From NCBI RefSeq assembly GCF_006345805.1, contig NC_042998.1:38378001-38442000 (forward strand): a stretch of 64,000 nt of DNA. Direction: 5' to 3'. This DNA is from Octopus sinensis (taxonomy: Eukaryota). The translations under genes and the position numbers were made by a program. Shown here piece by piece: positions 38,904-50,223 of this stretch. The notes beneath the pieces are model-generated. The model made no database searches and was not told the origin of the DNA. It saw only the letters and a list, made by a program, of their open reading frames with translations. The stretch's first letter is position 1, and each line of letters begins with the position of its first letter.

Positions 38904-39129
38904 GAGCTGGACTGAATGTTAGCAATCACAATCCAACAATGTGCATAAATGATCTCATCAAACTAGAAAACAAAATGAGGATCTTAAATGGAATGGATGT
39001 TCTTCCTGAATTATCCAAGGAGAAAATTATAAGCAGGACAATTACTACATTTGAACAGATTATGGCCAAATTTAACAGTAAAGGACCAGGAGATTTTGAA
39101 AACTTACTTTACAAATACTGGATACACAA
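38904..39129 (+). CDS. HLCS: HLCS-like exon: (G)AGLNVSNHNPTMCINDLIKLENK...FENLLYKYWIH(K)
   Basis: Long pyrimidine tract plus AG at 38902-38903 and GTAAG at 39130. Length 226 nt, phase-compatible with 6686 and 42062. Contains GxGxNVxNxxPTxCINDL and YxYWxH motifs. Confidence 0.93.
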
Positions 39130-39376
39130 GTAAGATGCTAAACTCTGTTTATATTCTGTAATCTAATAAATACAATCCATCATGTACAGAAACTCATTAT
39201 TTAACACCTCTTTTCCAAACTGACATGGGATGGACAGTTTCGACTGGAAGTGGCAAGCTGGAGAATGACATTGGGTTCCAATTCTCTGTTTTTGTATGGT
39301 TTCTGTGACTGGAAGGCTTTCTTAATGCCAACCACTTTACAGAGTGTACTCGGTGCTTTTTACTTGACACTAGCTC

Positions 39377-39760
39377 AGGTGCTTTTCGATGTGACACCAT
39401 CGTAGGTGCTTTTTGATGTGACACCAGCACAGGTGCTTTTTGATGTGATACCATCGCAGATGCTTTTTGATGTGACACCATTGTAGGTGCTTTTTCATGT
39501 GGTACCAGCACAAGTGCTTTTTGATGTGACACCATCATAGGCGGTTTTTATGTGACACCATCATAGGTGCTTTTTATGTGACACCATCATAGGTGCTTTT
39601 TGATGTGACACCAGCTCAAGTGCTTTTGATGTGACACCATCGTTGGTGGTTTTTATGCAACACCATCGTAGGTGCTTTTTGATGTGACACCAGCACAAGT
39701 GCTTTTTGATGTGACACCATCATAAGTGGTTTTTATGTGACACCGGCACAGGTGCTTTTT
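39377..39760. repeat. Minisatellite of about 27 bp (about 14 copies, AGGTGCTTTTTGATGTGACACCATCGT-like) inside an RTE-UTR copy
   Basis: Directly visible. The unit resembles the GGTGCTTTTTACGTGCCACC motif of the RTE 3' UTR. Confidence 0.85.
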
Positions 39761-41793
39761 ATGAGGCAGCTTGTAATAAAATACAGCTCAAATGCTTCAG
39801 GGCCAATATTATTATCTTGTGGTCATTATAATATACAAGCTGCAGTATAATATTTTGTTTTGCATGGCAACGGTGTTTGAAGGTCTGCATGTTTGTTCAT
39901 TAATGTACTTCGTTATAGACATACAATTGGTAATGCCATTGACGAAAGCAAAATAACATGAATGTCAGATTTAATGAAACATATAAATCAGAAACTGTGT
40001 GTGCTTGAAAGTATTATGATATTTCTCAATATTTCTTGGGAATAAGTACTGTAGTACTCAAGAATTTTGGTAGTTTGGCAGCACTCCAAGCATTTCAACT
40101 ATTCAAATTGCATTGATATAGCCAACATTACTTCCATTCAATATTCAAAAGCCATGTTCTTTTGCAGTGTAACTCTTTGTGTTTGTCTGCCTTCCTCTCT
40201 CTCTCCCTCTGTGTGTGTGTAGAATGCTTGTTGCTCTGAGGGTGTATTCAATATATACTATGTGACTAGAATCCTTTGAGATTGGCACCAGTTCAAAGAG
40301 TTTTTCATAGTATCCGTAGTTAATGGTTTCATGCAAAGGTTAAATTGCATTTAATTTGTTTTCTTATCAAGCAGTGTGAACAAAATGACAGCTATTCAAT
40401 TTATAATAAATTGTTCGTGCTCAATGGCCATGATTTTCAGCAAAAACCTCCAGCTTCATCTGTCCTCATAGAATCTATCCCAATTAGTGGAAACCATTCA
40501 CTAAAGAAAGCACGACTGTGTATTATAATACAAAAGACAGTGAATTATATTTCAGTTGTACCTGGTATCTGGAGTCCCCCGCACTGTCAGAATAGGAACC
40601 TATAAGTGAAAAGATCAAGAATATAGTCTGGAGAAGTTTGTTCTGCTGACTGTTACAAGCAAGTTGTATCCTAAAATAATCCCAGTTATCTTCAAATGTT
40701 TAACTGCACATGTCAGTTATTATTTAGAATTAACAAAATAATCAACAGCTTGTGTGTGAGAGAGAGAGATAGAGAGCATAGGCATGGCCATGGAGTTAAG
40801 ATGGTCAGTTTGCAACCACATGGCTTCAGGTCCAGTCTCACTGTCCAGTACCTTGGATAAATGCCTTCTACTATATCTCCAGGCTAATCAACACATTGTG
40901 TGCGAATTTGGTATGTTTATGTGTGTGTGTGTGTATATATATATATCATCACCATCGTTTAACATCTGTTTTCCATGCTAGCATGGGTTGGACGGTTCGA
41001 CCAGGGTCTGGAAAGCCAGGAGGCTGCACCAGGCTCCAGTCCGATCTGGCGGTGTTTCTACAGCTGGATGCCCTTCCTAATGCCAACCACTCCGTGAGTG
41101 TAGTGGGTGCTTTTTACATGCCACCGGCACAGGTGCCAGGGGAGGCTGGCAGCAGCCACAATCCGTTGGTGCTTTTTACACACACATATATATATATATA
41201 TACACACACACATACATATATACACTGGCTTGTACTTGTTTCAGTCATTAGGCTGCAGCCATGCTGGGGCACAATCCAGTATTTATTTTGCCTTTTTCTA
41301 AAGCCTGATAATATTCTATCAGTCTCTCTTTCCAAACCGCTAAGTTACAGGGATGTATACACACCAACAAAACTCGACAAGCAGTGGTGGGGAACAATCA
41401 CAAACAAGCACACATATGTATATATAATGGGCTTCTTTCAGTTTCCATCTACCAAAGAACTAACAGTAGGAGACACTTACCTAAGGTGCCATGCATATAT
41501 ATATAGGCATACGTGTGGCTGTGTGGTAAGAAGCTTGCTTCCTGACCACATGGTTCTGGGTTCAGTTCCACTGCATGGCACCTTAGGCAAGTGTCTCCTA
41601 CTGTTAGTGGCTTTGGTAGATGGAAACTATATATATATAAATTGTTATTAATCCAAACATGTCGAAATATACCAGAAATGAAGTTTAAAATACAGGGAGA
41701 ATAGATTAGAATTTTAAAATATTCATCATCACCATCTTCGTTTAACATCCACTTTCCATGCTAGCATGGGTTGGACGATAAATATATACATAC

Positions 41794-41825
<32 letters not shown>

Positions 41826-42061
41826 CATATACATACACACACACATATATATACACACATAGAGAGACAGAGAGTGAGACACACACATACAGGTGGATAT
41901 GACTTGGTAGGATGTACTGTGCTTTCTCTCATTGTTTTATAGTATGAAGCAAACAGGCAGACTCTCACCACCACACCTCTCACTACCTTCAGTTACTAAT
42001 GTGTTTTTGCTTGTCAAAACTCAACTCATTTTGTAATGTTACCATTCTTTTCGTTTTCTAG

Positions 42062-42245
42062 AAATATAAATAAATTCTCTTTGGAAACTGAAAACGGAAA
42101 GAATATCGATGTCAAAGTGTGTGGCCTGGACTCTCAGGGTCATCTTTCGGTTATTGAGGAAAAGGAACAGAAGCAAATCAGCCTGAATTCCCTGCAATAT
42201 AGTATGGATGTAAAACAGCACTTAATTTTCAAGAAACGGACATGA
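42062..42245 (+). CDS. HLCS: HLCS-like terminal exon: NINKFSLETENGKNIDVKVCGLDSQGHLSV...MDVKQHLIFKKRT*
   Basis: TTTTCTAG acceptor. Contains the GLDxxGxLxV motif of the BPL C-terminal domain and a stop at 42243-42245. Confidence 0.88.
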
Positions 42246-42305
42246 CTTTTTTCAATGAATTCGCAGAAACGCTTAAGAAACTTGTAATTACAGAATAATA
42301 TTTTC

Positions 42306-42311
42306 AATAAA
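42306..42311 (+). terminator. Candidate polyadenylation signal
   Basis: AATAAA 60 nt after the stop codon, followed by T/GT-rich sequence. Confidence 0.55.
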
Positions 42312-43021
42312 TTTATATTTGTTTGTAAGTAATTTCTTGTTTTATTTTCTGCAAACAACATAATTTCTTTCAACAGCATACACACAACCGTGTGTGTGTG
42401 TCTTACCATTATCAATATTTAACGTCTGCTTTCCATGCTGGCATTCCCTCCCTAAATCTCCTCCATTCCTCATCATCCCTGTCCACACTGTTTCAACCAA
42501 CCATCCAACTTCTGTACCTTCAGCCACTTCTCTCTCTCCCCCCTCTACTATACTCCATTCTAAACACTTATCTGCACTCATGCTGGCATGGCATGGCTGG
42601 GATGGTTTGACATAGAGCTGACCAGTTGGGAGCTGTCCAGACTCCAACTGTCTTGTGGCAGGGTTTCTACAGCTGAATGCCCTTCCTAATGCCAACCACT
42701 TAAAGGGTGTTGGGTGCATTCTATGTGCCACCTACAAGGGAGCATTTACGCAGCACCAGCACAAGTGATTTTTATGTCGACAGGCCTTGATGCCTCTTAT
42801 CAAGTACAGCAAATCGCCACATCTCCTGGTCCCTTGTCCTTTCCTCAGTGTGGTCGAGCGTCTGAAAATCATTTCTCACCACTTTGTTCCATGTCTTCCT
42901 GGGTCTACTCCTTCCACAGGTACCCTCCACAATTACAGCTCAGCAATTTTTATGAAGCTGTCCTCATAGATCAGTAGCCACTACACACATTTTTTTTTCT
43001 CTCCTTGTTTCTTTCTGTGTC

Positions 43022-43059
43022 TCTTTCTGTAGAAGAGCGTAGGCTCAAAACATAAAAGA
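43022..43059 (+). ncRNA. Degenerate hammerhead motif in a PLE pLTR-like repeat
   Basis: TCTTT-CTGTAGA-A-GAGC(GTAG)GCTC-AAAA-CAT-AAAAGA. Stems I and II are present but both core blocks are mutated. Confidence 0.45.
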
Positions 43060-45529
43060 CTTTTTCAATTCCTGAGCGTTATACTAATACATCTGTTTGT
43101 TTTCTACACCACCTGTCTTCGTCTTTTGTTTTTTTCAAGAACTCTCCCCCTATATACATATATATATATACATACATACATATCTAAAAACATACACACA
43201 CACACGCACACATACTACAATTAGAATCAGTAGGGTACTTAAATACCATTTGCTATAATCGGAACCATTGTTCCAAAACCACCAGTAGCTCACTATTAAG
43301 ACACACACGGGCAATTCAATGAACATAGGAGAAACAGGTTTACCTTGTGTGGAGTACACAAGGAATGTATATTTCAATATCAATTGATTTCACCCTGTGT
43401 CTGACATGGATAAGTCTGTCTGACAGGGAATCTGAGAGCTGCAAGAGTGTATCATGATGACCCAATGTCATCTGGAACATGATTTCTATGGTCAGATGTC
43501 CTCCTTAATACCAACCCCCTTATAAAGGTCACTGAGTGCAATTTTGTGTCACTGGCACCTATGAGGTTGCCATGTCGCGTGTATCGCAGAAAAGAACAGA
43601 GAAAAGGAAATGGGAAAAGCTCCCACTACTAAGAGGAGAAGATGGAGATGAGAGGCTGTATTTCAGCTGTTGGAAGGCTCTAGAATGATAGGACAAGTGC
43701 AAGTGTCTTGCTATAGAAGAGATTCATGGCTGGAGGAGATGAGAGGGGGTGGGGTGATAGAGCAAATTCTCAATGAACATGAAGGTGAGCAATAAGAGAG
43801 GATCTGAACGGTGGAGCATGGGAAGGGTGTGTGTGAAAGAGGTGAGGAGTGGGGAGGTAGAGGTTAATGTTGTGAGTGATGAACAAAGGATGCAGATGGT
43901 GGGAAATACCAGTCGGGGGGAGGTAGGGGTAGTTCAAGAAGGAGAATGGAACAGAAGGTATGTACAAAGTGTAAGAGCAGTGGAGAGGGAAATATAGGGA
44001 TAGAAAAAGGGTTATAACAGGTGGACCATGATGATAGATATGGGAGAGCATTGCGAATGAGTGCAGATAAGTGTTTAGAATGGAGTATAGTAGAGGGGAG
44101 GAGGAGAGAGAGAGAGAGAAGTGGCTGAAGGGACAGAAGGTGGGGAATGATTGGTTGAAATAGTGTGGACAGGGATGATGCAAAATGGAGGAGATTTAGG
44201 GAGGGAATGGGATGTAAATATGTGCCAATTCTGGTCTCTGGTGAGCACAGTAGACAAATAGTACCTATTTCTTTACTACCAACAAGGGGCTAAACACAGA
44301 GAGGACAAACGGATTAAGTCAATTATATCGACCCCAGTCCATAACTGGTACTTATTTAATCAACCCCAAAAGATGAAAGGCAGAGTCGACCATGGCAGAA
44401 TTTGAACTCAGAACGAGCAGTCAAATAGTACCATAGATGGCTGGAGGGCAACACCACACATGTATGTATGAGCATAATCAAGTGGTTTTAAGAGACCATT
44501 TTTGCTGTAATGGAAGAGTCTTCTTGAGTACAGCAAAATGCCAATCATCTTATGGTCGTTCATCTTCAAATCAGCCTTCACTACTTTGTCCCATGTTTTC
44601 CCTCTTCTATAAGTTCCATCCTCTTTAAGCATTCAGCAACTGCCCTCATCCATCACTAGACCAATCCAGTCTTCTCTCTTGAACATTATATCTGAGTCCT
44701 CTTATACCTAGCTTTTTTCTCAATGCATTTTCAATTTGTCAAACATGCTCATCTAATGAAGCATACTAGCCTCATTCCTTGCTAGTCTTCGCTTTTCCTC
44801 AGTATTCAGGTTCCATATCTCAATACCATGTACCGTAACTGTACACATACAAGCACCATACAATCTGCCTTTCATTCAGAGACCATTTGTTGTCAACAGG
44901 GATAACATAGCTCTTTGAACTTTCTCTATCCTATTCTTATTCTAGCAACTTCACTTTCAGAACATCCTCCTCCACAGCTTATTAGTTCACCTAATTAGCA
45001 GAAACTATCTGCTATCCCTAGGCAGCCTCTTGGGCATTTAAAAGAATAATTTTCCTGTGTGACCTTGGTCTTTATGGCTCTGGTGCCATTGACCTTCCTG
45101 TGAACCCCCTGCACCCCCATTGATCTTTTCACCAGCACGATTTTTACTAAGTAAAAAAAAAAATCTGGGACAGATTTCCTTAACCCTAAAACCCTAACCC
45201 TGAAAAGATCAATGGGGGTGGGTGAAATTTCCAAGGCTTCCACCTCACCCCACTCCGTTTTTCAAACCCCAAAAAGGGTTTTGTAGCATATTTGGATGTC
45301 ACAGGGATACATTCAACGAAAAATTCCAATGAATCCGGGACCTGGGTGGGGGGGTCCCCTTTGCCCCCACTTTTTCCAAACCAAAATAAGGGATTTGCAG
45401 CATATTAGAAGGTCAGGGTACTTGATTCCATGCAAAAAATCCGAGTCTTTTTTTTCTTAGTGAAAATTGTGCAGATGTTACTCTGAAAAATTGCCTTTTT
45501 TTTCTGTTTTGGCCCTGCACAGTACATAT

Positions 45530-46480
45530 ATTGGTGGTCCAGATCATATAGTGGAGATCGATAAAAGCTTTTCCTTCAATAGCAAGAATAATGAAGGAAG
45601 TATGTGTCGCAAAACTTGGGTTGTCAGATGTTATGATACCACAACCATAAAAAGGATTTCTTCAACGTGTACCCAAGAGGAGTACAGAGACATTGGAGAA
45701 TGCTACCAGACAAAACGTCCTTCCAGGAACTACTGTTATGACTGACAATTTGGCAAGCGGATCTTTACCTTTTGACCTACAGATTTAAAAAACAATTTCT
45801 TGTAACTAAACACTTTCAGACTTCGGACACTGGTAGAATGTGTCATATAAAGCATCTTTTATTCTTAGCATTTTTGAGAAAAACTTATATTTACGAAGTT
45901 ATTTCACGTTAAAGTTCTCGTATTTTGGTAATTTTAACCAATCAATGACGTGTATTCAGTTGTATAAAATTACTGCTGTTGTTTGTCAACAAGAACTTCT
46001 GGCGGTGTATATTTCATTTGTCACTGTTATTTATGACAACCCTAAAACGTTAACCCTAACCCTAATCCTAACACCCTAGCCCTAACCCTAAAACCTTAAA
46101 AGCAGTACAAACGCACGAATGATGTCATAAATAACAGTGACAAACGAAAAATATACTGCCAATAATTGTTGACAAACAATGGCAGTAATTTTATTCAGCT
46201 GAATACACGTCATTGATTGGTTGAAATTACCAAAATACGAGAACTTTAACATGAAATAACTTCGTAAATATAAGTTTTTCTCAAGAATGCTAAGAGTAAA
46301 AGATGTCTTATATGACGCATTCTACAAGTGTCCGAAGTTTGAAAGTGTTTAGTTACAAAAATTTATTTTTTAAATCTGTAGGTCAAAAGGTAAAGATTCT
46401 GGCAAGCTATTGTATTCTCCACATACTCGGATACATTCACCAAACGGTAAATCATTCTCAAAATTTCATAGATCGATCAC
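45530..46480 (+). pseudogene. Merlin (IS1016/ISXO2-like DDE) transposase relic interrupted by a MITE
   Basis: IGGPDHIVEIDKS..TWVV.. / GFLQRVPKRSTETLE..VLPGTTVMTDNLAS | insertion | ..LGYIHQTVNHSQNFID. These match the Merlin VEIDE, PGT.I.TD and H.TVNH..F.DP motifs. Confidence 0.8.
45759..46399. mobile_element. Foldback MITE (641 bp) with about 280-bp TIRs, 8-bp TSD and a CCCTAA-rich centre
   Basis: Ends GGATCTTTACC / GGTAAAGATTC. TSD TGGCAAGC at 45751-45758 and 46400-46407. Confidence 0.9.
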
Positions 46481-46710
46481 CGGGGCATGTACAAATCAGA
46501 GGTAGTAAAGATCATGGACCGCACCCGCTTTGGATAATTTTTTGTTTCATTTTTATATGAACACACTATATCGAGGGCAGAGATTCCGAATCTGCAAAAA
46601 AATCTGCATTTCAAAATTTATTTTGTACAAGCAAAAAAAAAAAAAAAAAAAAGAAATGACAAAACACACCTTTACTCACTCACTCTCTCTCTCCACACGA
46701 AATCGAAATG

Positions 46711-47128
46711 GGATCTTTTCGGTTTGAGCGGCAGTTTTTTAAAATAATTTCCACGTAACTAAACGCTTTAAAACTTCGTATACTGGTAGAATGTGTTTAT
46801 AAAACATCTTTTTCTCTTGGCTTTATTGAGAAAATTCTATAGTTTGTAAGATATTTGTTGTTTTTTTCTTCAATTTCTGCAATTTCAACCAATCAATGAC
46901 GACTATTGAGGTGAAAAACATTCTGTGCCGTATGAATTTGTCCCTCGTTTAAGAAACAGATTGGGTTTATTTACATTTCTGAAGAAAAAAAAATTACCCT
47001 TCCCCCCACCCCTGACCCTAACCCTAAAACAGATTGAAATGCAATAGGTCGATACTAGGGTTATAATTATGGGTGACAATTTCATATGACACCGCTAGAA
47101 AAAACTGCCGTTCAAACCGAAAAGATCC
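46711..47128. mobile_element. MITE (418 bp) with about 29-bp TIRs and 8-bp TSD
   Basis: Ends GGATCTTTTCGGTTTGAGCGGCAGTTTTT / AAAAACTGCCGTTCAAACCGAAAAGATCC. TSD TCGAAATG / TTGAAATG (7 of 8 match). Confidence 0.88.
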
Positions 47129-47421
47129 TTGAAATGTACAAGTTACCCACTTAAAATTTCGGCGCGAAAAATTTCCAAGGGGAAGTGGAAACACTTGATG
47201 CCATTTCAAAACGGTTTTGCATCTTATATATCCTGGGATCTATATATCCAGTAATTTTAGCAGGTATGTAAAAGATATTGTTTTAATATAGTGACTTGTT
47301 TCAAAGAAACATGGTTTATTTTGCCCAGACATCGTTTAATAGTAACTTTTATAACTTCAGCATTCGTTTATTATTCTCTTCGAACTTATTTGATTTTTTC
47401 AATCTAATGTAATTCGGAAAC

Positions 47422-47462
<41 letters not shown>

Positions 47463-47786
47463 AATCCTTAAAATCCTTTAAAATGTTTTAGCCTGAAGGC
47501 TGCGGCCATGCTGGGGCACCACTGCTGATATATATATATATATATATATATTAGAGATAAAACCACTATTAGGCAAATCATACAATGAAAAACTTAAGCC
47601 AATACCTAAGATTAATTAATTTATATTATTTTAAATATATATCAAAATTATTAGCGGTTCGGTAAAAGAGACCGATAGAATAAGTACTGGGCTTACAAAG
47701 AATAAGTCCCGTAAGCGATCTGCTCGACTAAAGGCGGTGCTCCAGCATGGCCGCAGTCAAATAACTGAAACAAATAAAGAGTATAT

Positions 47787-47854
47787 AACACTACAATCGT
47801 TTCATGGCTGTCCAATTCGTAAAAATTCGAGTTACAGTTATTCTTCAGGTGATT
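47787..47854 (-). ncRNA. Type-I hammerhead motif with a long stem II, in an AT-rich minus-strand PLE 3' segment (about 47551-48203)
   Basis: Minus strand reads AATCAC-CTGAAGA-ATAACTGT(..TCG..CGA..)ACAGCCAT-GAAA-C(GATT)G-TA-GTGTT. Core intact, GUA cleavage triplet. Confidence 0.7.
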
Positions 47855-48203
47855 GAAATATCTAAAATATAATCAGAAATATTTAAACAATATTTTTAAG
47901 ATATAAATAATATATATAATATAATAATTTTACTTATAATAAACTCTATTATCAAACTAGAGACATAGAACTTAACAATTATGATTAAATCCAAATCAAC
48001 TATAATGTTAAATATTAATTTTAATTTATAAGGTAGGAAACCCACCCATAATCTAATATCAATATTAGTCTATATCTAATTACATAAATATTTAAAATGA
48101 CTAATATATATAAATTATCAATGAAAATATATAAATGCATATAAATATTATAATTAAGATCTAAAATAATCTCTATAAATAATTGTCTATGCACATATAA
48201 TAA

Positions 48204-48993
48204 AAACCTTATTACGATAGCGCATTAAAGAATAGTGGATTCTCGGAGAAGATCCAGTTCAACCAGCTTAATGCTAATAATAATGCTGCACGAAGAACTA
48301 GGACCAGGAAAGTTTTGTGGTTCAACCCGGCTTTCAATTTGGCCGTAAAGACTAATATAGGTAAGGAATTTTTGAGATTAGTCTCTAAGCATTTTAAGCA
48401 GGGTCATAAATTCTACAGAATATTTAATAGAAGAACCCTGAAGGCTTAGCTATTCTTGTTGCAGAAATTTCGCCTCTTACATTAGCCAACATAATAGGAA
48501 GCTAATTGAGATTAGACATGGTGCCGAGCCCATTAAGAAATGTAATTTCAAAAACGAAAGCTCCTGTCCGTTAGAAGGGAAATGTCTGGTGAAAGGAGTA
48601 GTTTATAGAGCCAAGGTGCAAGTGGAAGGCTCATCGGAATACAAGACATACACAGGGGCTTGAGAAAATTCATTTAAAACAAGATTTTATTCTCATAAAA
48701 ATTCTTTTAAATACCCAGAGAATAGGAAGAAAACCAGCCTAGCAAAATATGTCTGGGAACTAAAAGAAAAGGAAGCCCCACCTTTCAACGTGACATGGAG
48801 CATTCTGGACAGGGCGGCACCATACAGGCATGGAGCTTACAAATATAATTTCAAGTGCAGACTTTGCCTATTAGAAAAAATGCACATCTTATTCAAAGAC
48901 AATAATTCTTTCAATCAAAGAAGTGAGTTAATGAACTTCTGTAGGCACGCGGCTAAATTTAAAATGTCGAATATAAATATACCATATGGATAG
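48204..48993 (+). pseudogene. 5'-truncated Penelope-like element ORF (RT thumb, linker and C-terminal GIY-YIG endonuclease)
   Basis: KPYYDSALKNSG..RKVLWFNPAF..KTNIGKEFL..IFNRRTLK/SYSC..CPLEGKCL..VVYRAKV..YTGA*ENSFKTRFYSH..CRLCLLEK..NQRSELMNFCRH. One frameshift near 48445 and one TGA at 48661. Confidence 0.88.
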
Positions 48994-50031
48994 AGTATAT
49001 ATTTTGTATTTTTGATTTTTAATTTTGATTTTGACTCTTGAGCGCTATGACGGATTTTGATTCTGTTTCCAAGCTACGCGGATATTAATCCGTATAGCAA
49101 AGTCTTATGTTTCTACATATATATTAGGAAAAACCTACAAACTTTGTTTTCATGTTAGTATTGCATAGGATTACCTTGATTATTTTATATTACCTTGATT
49201 ATTTATAAATGACCCAAAATAGGATGTTATATTTTATTTTATATGTCTTTCGTATATATTTTTATTAATGCACCCATTTTTTAAAAGCAATGTTTTTTTT
49301 AAAAAAAAGCAATGTTGTCAAAATTAGAATGTTTATATAAGTATGTGTATAGCAAAGCATATGTATTTGTAAGCATGCGTATCTGTGTATGTGTAAGTGA
49401 AAGTATGCTTGTGCTTAAGCACACATATACACGACGGTATGTATATGTATCCATTCAAACTTGTGTATGTATACTGGTCTCTATAGATGCCAATAACATC
49501 GTTACAAGTTTTTTCCCCACCCCTCCTTCGTTCCTTTTTCTCTCTTTCCCTTTCTTTCGTTCCCCCTCCTTGCTCAGTATATGAGAATTGCTACATAGAT
49601 GAATTTTAGCTTGCGTGCGAGACGGTTTGCGTGAATATATGTACACATGCTTTTATGTGTATATTTAGATTCATATTCATACGTCTGTATATGTATGTAT
49701 GGCGTTTACGCGCATCCTTTTGTGTATGTTGATATATATATGTAGATTTTAATATAAATATGTATTGCAGTATTTATAACAGGTTTAATTTCTATGCATT
49801 AATTTGCACTGTCTTCATTAACGGCAATAGGTTTTTTCCTCGGTTTTTTCCTCGGATTTTATAATTTTTATAAGTTTTTTTTATATATATACATATATTT
49901 TTGACCTTTTTGTTTATCGCTCGAAGATTGACCGTTTTTTCTAAAGGGCCAATCAAACAAGTCCATTTCTTTTTAAAGGTGTAGCGTTTGTAAGAGTATA
50001 GATTGAATTAATATATAAGTTCCATTCTAGC

Positions 50032-50079
50032 AAAAACTGTCTGATGAACGGCAACGAGAAACTCAGAGTAACAGATTTT
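50032..50079 (+). ncRNA. Minimal type-I hammerhead motif in a PLE pLTR that ends at (TA)n near 50178
   Basis: AAAAACTGT-CTGATGA-A-CG(GCAA)CG-A-GAAA-CTC(A)GAG-TA-ACAGATTTT. Core intact, GUA cleavage triplet. Confidence 0.75.
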
Positions 50080-50176
50080 GTTGAATTTTCTGCTGCTTAA
50101 AATAAAGCATATTACTCTACCACTGGTATTTGAGTACTCTTTTTTCCACCTTGTTTCACATTTATGTGTTTACTCC

Positions 50177-50223
<47 letters not shown>

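Noticed and set aside
40145-40605. ORFs in the last HLCS intron with protein-like composition
   Set aside because: No recognisable domain, interrupted frames and no convincing splice context.
40896-41651. Longest non-Gypsy ORF (251 aa)
   Set aside because: It runs through an RTE 3' UTR, a microsatellite and SINE copies, so it is a chance open frame.
46040-46097. CCCTAA repeats as a possible chromosome end or fusion scar
   Set aside because: They are short, degenerate and enclosed by MITE TIRs, so they are part of the element.
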